Program-made: the position numbers and the translations under genes
The notes under the pieces: generated by a model
Told to the model about the DNA's origin: nothing
The model's database searches: none
The model's input: the letters and a program-made list of their open reading frames with translations, nothing else
Source of the DNA: Lachnospiraceae bacterium
GTDB lineage: Bacteria; Bacillota; Clostridia; Lachnospirales; Lachnospiraceae
Assembly: GCA_051878935.1 (NCBI GenBank)
Contig: JBJELB010000013.1
Location: 4,365-68,364 of the forward strand
Direction of reading: 5' to 3'
DNA: 64,000 bases
Shown here: positions 28,201 to 35,820 of the stretch, piece by piece
Layout: each line of letters opens with the position of its first letter
Numbering within the stretch: position 1 is the stretch's first letter

Positions 28201-29196
28201 CTATCTCCTCTTCTCGCGTCTCATAATCTCTGTATACTTCCCGGTTCCAATAGCGGCTACGCCAACCGGATCATCCGCTGTCATTGTATTGACCGCAAAA
28301 CGCTCTGTAATAACATGTTCCAACCCGTCCAGCAAAGAACTGCCACCCGTCAACACGATACCTCGATTCATAATATCAGAAGCCAGTTCTTCATTTAACT
28401 GTCCCAACACATAAGCAAACGCGTCCAATATTGTCTTAATCACGTCACAAATCACTTCTGCAATTTCCGCAGAAGTAACCGTCACTTTTTTCCTGAGTCC
28501 GGTTGCTGCTTCACGCCCCGGTACTTCCTTCGCAGGATTATCCAACCGGCGATATGCCGTACCTAATTCAATCTTAATCTGCTCTGCTACAGTTTCACCA
28601 ATCACCAAATCATACCGTTCACGCATATATTCACATATCAAACGATCCATCCGGTACCCTGCCACCGGCACAGAATGAGTAATCTGAACTTCTCCACCAC
28701 AAATAACCATAAAATTCGTTCTGGAAGCTCCGATATCTACGACCATATTCGCATTCGGTTTCATGATATCAATACCGGCACCAATCGCTGCCGCCAGCGG
28801 TTCTTCTATTAATGTCACTTCTCTGGCACCTGCCTGAAAAGCTACATTCTCTACTGCATTACGTTGCACCTCACTGATATTCACCGGTACCGTTACACAG
28901 ATACTTGGTTTCCGGCCCAGAGCACTGCGCGCCAATGCTTTTTGCATAAAATATTTTAAAAATTTCTCCGTTATGATATAGTCCGATACCAAGCCATCTT
29001 TGAATGGATAAACACTAATGTTATTGCCATGCATGGACTTTAAGTATACCAAAGCCTCATTACCAACCGCCTGAACTTTATGAGTATCCTGATCATATGC
29101 AATAACTGCCGGTTCCTGTATCACTACTCCATGTCCCGCAACATAGACGGAAACGGTTGAACTCCCCAAATCAATTCCAATATCTGTTTCTCGCAT
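28201..29196 (-). CDS. MreB/Mbl-like actin homolog (divergent paralog)
   Basis: 331 aa from the ATG at 29196 (RBS AAGGGG). Contains 'IGIDLGSSTV', 'VVDIGASRT' and 'GIVLTGGSS'. Confidence 0.85.
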   Translation of the reverse strand: MRETDIGIDLGSSTVSVYVAGHGVVIQEPAVIAYDQDTHKVQAVGNEALVYLKSMHGNNISVYPFKDGLVSDYIITEKFLKYFMQKALARSALGRKPSICVTVPVNISEVQRNAVENVAFQAGAREVTLIEEPLAAAIGAGIDIMKPNANMVVDIGASRTNFMVICGGEVQITHSVPVAGYRMDRLICEYMRERYDLVIGETVAEQIKIELGTAYRRLDNPAKEVPGREAATGLRKKVTVTSAEIAEVICDVIKTILDAFAYVLGQLNEELASDIMNRGIVLTGGSSLLDGLEHVITERFAVNTMTADDPVGVAAIGTGKYTEIMRREKRR

Positions 29197-29299
29197 TATT
29201 TTCCCCTTATTCTCTATCCACCCTTCTTTGTTAGGCTGGTGCAACAAAGAAGGCTACCTCAGTACAAGTCTGAGATAGCCTGTCATCATACTCTGTATC

Positions 29300-29533
29300 C
29301 TATGCTTCTATTCCTTTACTCTTCAAATATTCGATAATATCACCTACGGTTGCAATATCATTTAATTCTTCTGTAGGAATCTCAAGACCATACTCTTCCT
29401 CTAAGCCCATTAACAATTCAAATATATCCAGGGAATCCGCTCCTAAATCATCTTTAAAATCTGCATCCGGTACAATCAAGCTCTCATCCACACCCAACTG
29501 TTCTGATATTAATGCTTTCATCTTGTCTAACAT
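29300..29533 (-). CDS. acpP: Acyl carrier protein
   Basis: 77 aa with the phosphopantetheine site 'DLGADSLD'. Confidence 0.93.
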   Translation of the reverse strand: MLDKMKALISEQLGVDESLIVPDADFKDDLGADSLDIFELLMGLEEEYGLEIPTEELNDIATVGDIIEYLKSKGIEA

Positions 29534-29657
29534 ACATCTCTCTCCTTAGAATTTGTTCTTCTATTATATGAAAAAAGTATAGTATCCTGCTATTTCTTTG
29601 TCAAGATAGTTCTCTGTATTTTTCCAGTTATATTTTTTAATTTTTTATAAAAATATA

Positions 29658-29685
29658 TTGACAAGTGAAAGATATTTATTATAAT
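29658..29685 (+). promoter_or_regulatory. Sigma-A promoter of the Fur-family/rubrerythrin pair
   Basis: TTGACA (29658-29663), 16 nt, TATAAT (29680-29685). The AT-rich palindrome AGTAATTGTTACT (29692-29704) just downstream is a possible Fur/PerR-type operator. Confidence 0.5.
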
Positions 29686-29713
29686 AATATTAGTAATTGT
29701 TACTGATAAGGAG

Positions 29714-30148
29714 GTGGCGGATATCATTCCAACCATTCGACACAGTAAGCAGCGCGATGCCATACTGATGAATCTGCGTTCACGCATGGATCATCCGACT
29801 GCGGATGTCATATATGAAGATGTCCGCAAGGAGATTCCAAACATCAGCCTTGGCACTGTTTATCGTAATCTCTCACTCCTGGTTCAGTTAGGAGAGATTC
29901 AACAATTATCGATTGACAATGGTTCCGATCATTATGACGGCAATCCCGCTCCACATTATCACTTTACATGCAGTGCTTGTGGACGTGTCATGGATATGGA
30001 TAGTGTACCATTTGCAGATCATTTCAGCCAAATAGTCAATCAGCACTTCGCCGGTCGTATTGACCGTCACACTGCCCTCTTCTATGGATTGTGTGAAAAC
30101 TGTTACTCCCCGGATAAAGAACGGGATAACCATTCAAAATATTTATAG
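29714..30148 (+). CDS. Fur-family transcriptional regulator (PerR-like by context)
   Basis: Contains 'SKQRDAIL', 'HPTADVIY', 'SLGTVYRNL', 'HHFTCSACG' and 'CENC'. The exact start is uncertain because the GTG at 29714 abuts the RBS. Confidence 0.85.
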   Translation: MADIIPTIRHSKQRDAILMNLRSRMDHPTADVIYEDVRKEIPNISLGTVYRNLSLLVQLGEIQQLSIDNGSDHYDGNPAPHYHFTCSACGRVMDMDSVPFADHFSQIVNQHFAGRIDRHTALFYGLCENCYSPDKERDNHSKYL

Positions 30149-30167
30149 TATAAAGGAGAATAAAATT

Positions 30168-30710
30168 ATGAAGAAATTTGTATGTTCAGTATGTGGCTAC
30201 GTTCACGAAGGAAATGAAGCACCGGATGTATGTCCGGTATGTAAAGTAGGTAAGGACAAGTTCATTGAGCAGACAGAAGAAAGAACCTGGGCTGCTGAGC
30301 ATGTTGTTGGTGTTGCAAAAGGTGTTAGCGAAGACATCATCTGCGATCTTCGTGCTAACTTCGAGGGTGAATGCTCTGAGGTAGGTATGTACCTTGCAAT
30401 GGCAAGAGTTGCTCATAGAGAAGGCTATCCTGAAATCGGTTTATATTGGGAAAAAGCCGCTTACGAAGAAGCAGAGCATGCTGCTAAATTCGCAGAATTA
30501 TTGGGCGAAGTAGTAACAGACTCTACTAAGAAAAACCTTGAAATGCGTGTTGAGGCAGAAAACGGTGCAACTGCCGGTAAATTCGACCTTGCAAAACGTG
30601 CGAAAGAACAGGGTCTTGATGCAATCCATGATACAGTACACGAGATGGCTCGCGACGAAGCTCGTCACGGAAAAGCCTTCGAAGGTCTGTTAAAGAGATA
30701 CTTTGGCTAA
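30168..30710 (+). CDS. rbr: Reverse rubrerythrin (N-terminal rubredoxin-like domain plus ferritin-like diiron domain)
   Basis: 180 aa from the ATG at 30168 (RBS AAAGGAG). Contains 'CSVCGY...CPVC' and the diiron ligand motifs 'EGE...E..H' and 'E..H'. Confidence 0.92.
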   Translation: MKKFVCSVCGYVHEGNEAPDVCPVCKVGKDKFIEQTEERTWAAEHVVGVAKGVSEDIICDLRANFEGECSEVGMYLAMARVAHREGYPEIGLYWEKAAYEEAEHAAKFAELLGEVVTDSTKKNLEMRVEAENGATAGKFDLAKRAKEQGLDAIHDTVHEMARDEARHGKAFEGLLKRYFG

Positions 30711-30740
30711 GCTTCAAGCCATTCGATAAGACAAGGAAAG

Positions 30741-30780
30741 CGCCCCATTGTAAGCGAGCTTACAATGGGGCGTCTTTTAT
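30741..30780. terminator. Terminator after the rubrerythrin gene
   Basis: 14-bp stem CGCCCCATTGTAAG / CTTACAATGGGGCG followed by TCTTTTA. Confidence 0.8.
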
Positions 30781-30801
30781 TGCCTTATCATATGGCGCTA
30801 A

Positions 30802-30838
30802 CCTCCATCTCACAACGCGCAGCGTTGTGAGATGGAGG
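30802..30838. other. Perfect 17-bp stem hairpin without a U-tract
   Basis: CCTCCATCTCACAACGC-GCA-GCGTTGTGAGATGGAGG, 28 nt downstream of the DUF2130 stop. Confidence 0.6.
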
Positions 30839-30865
30839 CTGAAGATAGTCAAACTTTGCATCATC

Positions 30866-32119
30866 TTACTCCAGTTCATCAAACATCGCCTTTACCGACG
30901 GTGCATTTTTTGTCAATTTCTTAATCGTCAGATCATCCGCTTTATCATTTGCCAAACGCAGATTATTTTCAGACGAAAGCAGCGCCTGTTTGGTTTTTTG
31001 CAGATGGTCAATCGTCTTATCAATCTCATCGATTGCCTTATTAAATTTCTCACTGGCAAGTCTGTAATTGCGTGCAAATCCTTCCTTAAAACTATCCAGA
31101 TTTTCTTCGAAGTGCATGATATCCACCTGCTGATTCCGAACGATCTGCAATTCCTGTTGATACTGCAGGGAATTCAACGCCGCATTCCGGAGCAACGTAA
31201 TCATCGGAATAAAGAATTGTGGGCGAATTACATACATCTTCTCATATCTGTAAGAAACATCCACGATACCATTGTTATATAGATCATTATCAATTTCCAA
31301 CAAGGATACCAATATCGCATACTCACAGTTTTTCTCACGGCGGTCCTTATCCAATTCCTTGAAAAAGTCTTCGTTTTTGTGTTTTGTAGCTGTGGTATCC
31401 ATCTCATTCTTCATCTCGAACATAATCGAGATAAATTCCGTGCCGTCCTCAGCGGCTTCCCGATAAATGAAGTCCCCTTTGCTTCCACTTCTGGCATCGT
31501 TGTCCTTTTCGAAATACGCTCTCGGAAAAGCAGTCATACGAATCGCATTAAATTGATTCAGGCAATGCTGTTCCAGACTCTCTCCCACCATCTTGGTTGA
31601 TTGTCTCGCTTTAAAATCCTTATAGTATTCAATCTGTTCCTCTTTGTTCTTGAGCTGAGCCTCGTAGTTCTCCTTTAAAGACTGCTCCTTCAGACGATTT
31701 TCTGATTCCTGATTCTCCAGCTTACCTTTTAATTCTGCAATCTCTGTTGTTTTCTCAGAAAGCTCACGGTTCTTTTCCTCAAGTGCTTCTGTCACAGCAA
31801 GCTTTTTCTCTGTCTCATTTGCACCGATTTGGGACTTTAATGCTAAAATTGTTTTTTCTGCATCTGCTCTTATGGCATCTATTTCACGCTGTTTCTCAGC
31901 AAGCTCCTTCTCTTTTCTTGCAAGCGCTTCCCCGTGCGATTTCTCCTGCTCCATGCGGGCAACTTTCAGGTCGCTATCTCTGCGGGCTTCCAATTCTTTC
32001 TGCCGCCTCTCTAATTCTCTGGCAAATTCCTCATCGCGTACCTGCTGTACAATCTGTGCATATCCGGTTTCATCGATTTGAAACACCTCGCCGCAGTTTG
32101 GGCATTTGATTTTCTGCAT
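30866..32119 (-). CDS. DUF2130-family protein (Zn-ribbon, coiled coil, PD-(D/E)xK-like C-terminal domain)
   Basis: 417 aa from the ATG at 32119 (RBS AAGGGAG). Contains '[13 protein letters not shown]', a long charged coiled coil, and 'GDFIY...IMFEMKNE'. Confidence 0.85.
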   Translation of the reverse strand: MQKIKCPNCGEVFQIDETGYAQIVQQVRDEEFARELERRQKELEARRDSDLKVARMEQEKSHGEALARKEKELAEKQREIDAIRADAEKTILALKSQIGANETEKKLAVTEALEEKNRELSEKTTEIAELKGKLENQESENRLKEQSLKENYEAQLKNKEEQIEYYKDFKARQSTKMVGESLEQHCLNQFNAIRMTAFPRAYFEKDNDARSGSKGDFIYREAAEDGTEFISIMFEMKNEMDTTATKHKNEDFFKELDKDRREKNCEYAILVSLLEIDNDLYNNGIVDVSYRYEKMYVIRPQFFIPMITLLRNAALNSLQYQQELQIVRNQQVDIMHFEENLDSFKEGFARNYRLASEKFNKAIDEIDKTIDHLQKTKQALLSSENNLRLANDKADDLTIKKLTKNAPSVKAMFDELE

Positions 32120-32599
32120 GTTTTTCACTCCCTTTCCTACCATTTTATCGATCATCATCATGATAATATGATAACATACTCTCTCATTTAATAAAAGAAT
32201 GATCTCTTGATTATCTACAAAACGGAGAGCCTCCCTTTTAATTTGTTCTATATTGGTTACAGTTTCTTTATACTCATCTCGATCAAGCACAACATTCTTG
32301 CAGTCTATGTATTTCAATTTACTAATAATTACTATTTTACTATAGTCCAATCCTGACTTATGTGTTCTTGAGCGTTCCGATTATTTAAATAGATAAGCAT
32401 ACTTATGTGTTATCTCTGTTCGATAGGGTACACAAATAAAATAATTATAATGTGTTTGAAACAAAATGCAATTATAGGCTCTGCCCTCCTTTTTCAATAT
32501 CTCTTTATAGGGCGGATTTGGATAATCTTCATAGAAATCCTTAGTCAGTCTCAGTATTTGATAATCATTTTCCGGTAATCTCATGTTCCTCCATAACAA
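32120..32599 (-). pseudogene. Type III toxin-antitoxin toxin-like gene (ToxN/AbiQ/TenpN superfamily) interrupted by an in-frame TAA
   Basis: The motifs 'FICVPYRTEITHKY' and '[10 protein letters not shown]...YID' fit my recollection of TenpN-like toxins. A TAA at 32381-32383 splits the frame. The downstream part is the spurious N-terminal extension of track ORF 30866..32350. Confidence 0.55.
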
Positions 32600-32627
32600 A
32601 AAACGAGAGGTTGCAACCTCTCGTTTA
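32596..32627 (-). terminator. Intrinsic terminator between the leader RNA and the toxin-like ORF
   Basis: On the minus strand: AAACGAGAGG-TTGCAA-CCTCTCGTTT followed by TTTT, immediately before RBS GGAGG and the ATG at 32599. Confidence 0.8.
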
Positions 32628-32723
32628 GCGCTTCATCACTCGGTCAATTTTTATATTACCGTCCTGTCAGTACCGCCACAGGACTCATCTTTGATGAAGT
32701 AGAACTATACTGTTCTCACTAAT

Positions 32724-32752
32724 ATTATATACAAGTATGATAACGTTGACAA
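32724..32752 (-). promoter_or_regulatory. Sigma-A promoter of the toxin-like locus
   Basis: On the minus strand: TTGTCA, 17 nt, TATAAT. It predicts a ~125-nt leader ending at the 32596-32627 terminator. Confidence 0.55.
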
Positions 32753-32841
32753 CCTTTTTCTTTTCGTTTTTTAACATCTATACTACGTCACTACAAATAT
32801 AATATATCATACCGCCATACATTTGTATACATTTTTTTACA

Positions 32842-33183
32842 TCATTTCCATTCTTTTTCTTTAAATCCAACCAGCACCTTGTCATCTCTCACAAGAATCG
32901 GACGTTTTACTAACATACCATCCGTTGCCAAGAGCCTTAACTGCTCCTCCTCGCTCATCTCCGGTAGCTTATTTTTTAACTCCATTGATTTGTACAACAA
33001 ACCACTCGTATTGAAGAATCTCTTCAATGGAAGCCCACTCTTTGCATGCCATTCTTTCAATTCTTCATAGGTTGGATTTTCCGTTTTGATATCCCGCAAT
33101 TGATATTCGATATGATTTTCATCCAGCCACTTTTTTGCCTTTTGACAGGTCGTACATTTTGGATAACAGATAAATTGTAACAT
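32842..33183 (-). CDS. ArsC/Spx-family protein (YffB-like)
   Basis: 113 aa with 'CTTCQKAKKWL' and 'LVKRPIL'. Confidence 0.85.
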   Translation of the reverse strand: MLQFICYPKCTTCQKAKKWLDENHIEYQLRDIKTENPTYEELKEWHAKSGLPLKRFFNTSGLLYKSMELKNKLPEMSEEEQLRLLATDGMLVKRPILVRDDKVLVGFKEKEWK

Positions 33184-33196
33184 TCTATTCCTCCTT

Positions 33197-33520
33197 TTAC
33201 ATCACTCTGATTAACAGCATATAAAACACTGTACCTACAATAATACTTAACAACGTATTTTTCTTCCACTTGTGCAAAACTGCAACTATGACACAAGCCA
33301 ATAATTCCGGGACGCCATGAGGCGCCTCTCTGATTGCAACATCCTTCAGGCAGTATACCACCAGCATGCCCATGATTGCCTGTGGCAATACTTTTCCCAG
33401 ATATAAAACAAAGCCCGGCAATTCATGTCTGCCACCAAATACCCAAAACGGAAGAAACCGTAAAAGCATCGTCACTCCACTTATCATCACAATCAACAAG
33501 ACTGCATGTAAATCTGTCAT
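33197..33520 (-). CDS. azlD: AzlD-family protein (second copy)
   Basis: 107 aa, hydrophobic. Its start overlaps the stop of the upstream azlC paralog. Confidence 0.8.
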   Translation of the reverse strand: MTDLHAVLLIVMISGVTMLLRFLPFWVFGGRHELPGFVLYLGKVLPQAIMGMLVVYCLKDVAIREAPHGVPELLACVIVAVLHKWKKNTLLSIIVGTVFYMLLIRVM

Positions 33521-34203
33521 ATTTCCTCTCTCCTAACCATTTTCACTACCGATAGGGATGCCGTGATAAGTAACATCGCCGGAATCAGAAAGTTTCGTGA
33601 ACCAAAGATAAGCAAACACACAACCGATGAGATAACACCAATGAGTGCAGATAAATGATCCTTCGCCGCCATCCATTGCTCTACAAAAATGGTGACAAAT
33701 AAAGCCGTCAGTGCAAATTCAATTCCTGTTGTATCAAACGGCAATACCGCACCAACCATCGATCCGATTATGCTGCCTGCCACCCAATAAACCTGATTCA
33801 GGAGGGAAACCAGAAAATAATATCGATGCTCCTCTTTTGCCTCTTTTCCTGCATCCTCACTGCAAACCAGCGAATATGTTTCATCCGTCAATGCTGCAAT
33901 TAAATAAGCTTTTCTTTTTCCTGCATTCCGATATCGTTCTATCATGGAAATGCCGTAAAAAAGATGCCGGGCATTCACCATGAGAGTTGTTAATGCAGTC
34001 GCTATCAATGATGCGCCACTACTCAACAGATTAATCGCCACATATTGCATGGAACCGGCATAGATAAAGATACTCATTGCCGCAGCCCACCATACGCCAT
34101 ATCCTTTTGTTTCTAAAAGAATGCCAAAGCCCATCCCCAATACCAGATACCCGCTCATAACCGGTATGGTAGCAATGAACGCTTTCTTCAGATCATGCTT
34201 CAT
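33517..34203 (-). CDS. azlC: AzlC-family permease (second copy)
   Basis: 228 aa from the ATG at 34203 (RBS GGAGAAAGGGGAG), beginning 'MKHDLKKAFIATIPVMSGYLVLGMGFG'. Confidence 0.85.
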   Translation of the reverse strand: MKHDLKKAFIATIPVMSGYLVLGMGFGILLETKGYGVWWAAAMSIFIYAGSMQYVAINLLSSGASLIATALTTLMVNARHLFYGISMIERYRNAGKRKAYLIAALTDETYSLVCSEDAGKEAKEEHRYYFLVSLLNQVYWVAGSIIGSMVGAVLPFDTTGIEFALTALFVTIFVEQWMAAKDHLSALIGVISSVVCLLIFGSRNFLIPAMLLITASLSVVKMVRREEI

Positions 34204-34226
34204 GACAGAGCTTCTCCCCTTTCTCC

Positions 34227-35093
34227 TCATTTCTTTTCTATCTGTTCCGATCGATTCATCCACCAGGTAGAGCCCAATATCAATACACCGCCAACAACAG
34301 TTCCCATCGTTAACGACTCACCCAAAACCGCAGCTGATAGAATCACTGCTACTACCGGATCAAGATAACCAAAAATCGCCACCGTCTGACTATCCAAATC
34401 TTTCATCGAGGAAAAATACAAGCTATACGCAACACCTGTGTGAATGATTCCAACGACCAACAATAAGACAATTCCCAATGCCGTTGTTTTGGTATACAGT
34501 TCTCCAAACAATCCACTCAAAACCGTATAAGGCAACAATATAATCGCCGAGGAAGATAATTGTACAATCGTACAATCGATCGCATCCATTGGCTCCAGAA
34601 ATTGGTTTACTATCACTACGATAGCATATAGTGTAGCCGCTCCCAATGCAAATACAATCCCGGTCATTCCCTGCAGTCCGTCATAGCTCACACCGGACAC
34701 ACAAACCATTCCACACAAGGCAACCGCCATACACATTACTTTCCGTTTTGTAATGGCTTCTTTCAACACAAAGGGCGACAAGATAAGAACAATCATCGGC
34801 ATAAAATAATAACACAACGTCGCTACTGCAACTGTCGTGTACCGATACGACTCAAACAAAAGAATCCAGTTTAATCCTATCAACGCGCCTGAAATACACA
34901 AGCACACCGCATTTTTACGAATCTTAGCCCAATCTGTCTTCTTACCCCGTGCTACCTGAAAAAATATCAGAAACAACGTTCCCAGCACGCCCCGTACCAG
35001 CGCGATACAACTTGACTCATAAGGTAAATAATGTACAAACAAACCGATACTTCCAAAAAGAATCATCGCCAACGTCAACTTAAGTTTCGACAT
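34227..35093 (-). CDS. EamA/DMT-family transporter
   Basis: 288 aa with ten predicted TM helices in two EamA repeats. Confidence 0.88.
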   Translation of the reverse strand: MSKLKLTLAMILFGSIGLFVHYLPYESSCIALVRGVLGTLFLIFFQVARGKKTDWAKIRKNAVCLCISGALIGLNWILLFESYRYTTVAVATLCYYFMPMIVLILSPFVLKEAITKRKVMCMAVALCGMVCVSGVSYDGLQGMTGIVFALGAATLYAIVVIVNQFLEPMDAIDCTIVQLSSSAIILLPYTVLSGLFGELYTKTTALGIVLLLVVGIIHTGVAYSLYFSSMKDLDSQTVAIFGYLDPVVAVILSAAVLGESLTMGTVVGGVLILGSTWWMNRSEQIEKK

Positions 35094-35145
35094 ATTTCCT
35101 CTTCCTTCAACACTATTCCAACATGCTTATATAAGTACAAGAATA

Positions 35146-35572
35146 CTTTTGCGAAAGAAATGTCATTGCCCGGTGAGGTGCCGCTGACTGCGGTGCATAT
35201 CTGTTTTTTCTTGCACCGTTTTCCGGTTCAAGAAGGACATAGAACTCCATGTCCATCACCAAGATTACGCGCCTTATGAGCCAACTCGTCCACCAGCAGT
35301 GTTTCATGTATCTTTTCGGGGGCGTTTGAAAACGTCAGTGCTTAGTTCCTGTTCTTTAGGAACTTATGCACCGCTACGTTTGAAATCGCACGAGAGTATC
35401 CCCCGAAAAGATACTGAAATCACTAGCGGTGGACTCAAACAACTCAGCGGCGCGTTGCGTGATGGACATTGGAGTGCTTGTCTTTCTAAGAACCGGGGTG
35501 TCAGCGAAAAAACAGATATGCACCGCAGTCAGCGGCACCTCACCGGGAAAACGACATTTTTTCGCGAAAAAG
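35146..35572 (+). repeat. Hairpin-forming repeat element, copy C (complete, 427 bp)
   Basis: A 42-nt perfect inverted repeat (CCCGGTGAGGTGCCGCTGACTGCGGTGCATATCTGTTTTTTC and its complement) lies near both ends. The arms are imperfectly complementary up to an ~87-nt centre (35313-35399). It is homologous to copies A and B. Confidence 0.9.
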
Positions 35573-35588
35573 CACGACAACCAAAAGG

Positions 35589-35735
35589 CTATCGTGCATC
35601 ATACCAGTGTTCTATATTGCCACAAACCGGACACTCTTTGTGTTCCGACACACGGCCTTCTCTATCTGTCTTTTTTCCTTTTGGAATCAATTCCGCACCA
35701 CAGATAAAACACCGTTCAATCTCTTTCTCTTTCAT
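35589..35735 (-). CDS. Small zinc-ribbon protein (48 aa), absent from the ORF track
   Basis: ATG at 35735 with RBS GGAGG 8 nt upstream. The product is MKEKEIERCFICGAELIPKGKKTDREGRVSEHKECPVCGNIEHWYDAR, with CxxC...CxxC. It lies directly downstream of feoB. Confidence 0.5.
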   Translation of the reverse strand: MKEKEIERCFICGAELIPKGKKTDREGRVSEHKECPVCGNIEHWYDAR

Positions 35736-35820
35736 TAGTGTAACCTCCGCCCATATTCGTTATCATTCATTCTACATGATTTCGACATGATATGCAAGCG
35801 AAACAATTACAATAATGGAA

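Noticed and set aside
27490-28398. 302-aa plus-strand ORF antisense to recD2 and the mreB-like gene
   Set aside because: It lies entirely within, and opposite to, two well-supported genes. It has low-complexity composition and no RBS, which is typical of a shadow ORF. The same reasoning applies to 50530..51198 (antisense to araR), 7825..8376, 9900..10367, 40249..40665, 45379..45813 and 60788..61219.
32120-32350. The 77-aa N-terminal extension of track ORF 30866..32350, read as part of the DUF2130 protein
   Set aside because: DUF2130 proteins start at the zinc ribbon, and '[10 protein letters not shown]' here has a strong RBS (AAGGGAG). The extension begins with a TTG and has no RBS. Its sequence instead continues the toxin-like ORF upstream.
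32600-32840. Tandem direct repeats expected for a type III antitoxin RNA
   Set aside because: I looked for repeated units in the leader and upstream region. I found only scattered short words (TGGCGGTA twice, AGTATAG twice) at inconsistent spacing. I therefore cannot call an antitoxin repeat array.
35299-35790. Track ORFs lying inside the repeat elements: 35299..35790 (163 aa), 35374..35580, 35429..35707, 4389..4625, 4295..4513 and 17435..17626
   Set aside because: They run through palindromic repeat DNA, so mirror-image ORFs appear on both strands. They have no RBS, odd composition and no family resemblance. I treat them as artefacts of the repeat.
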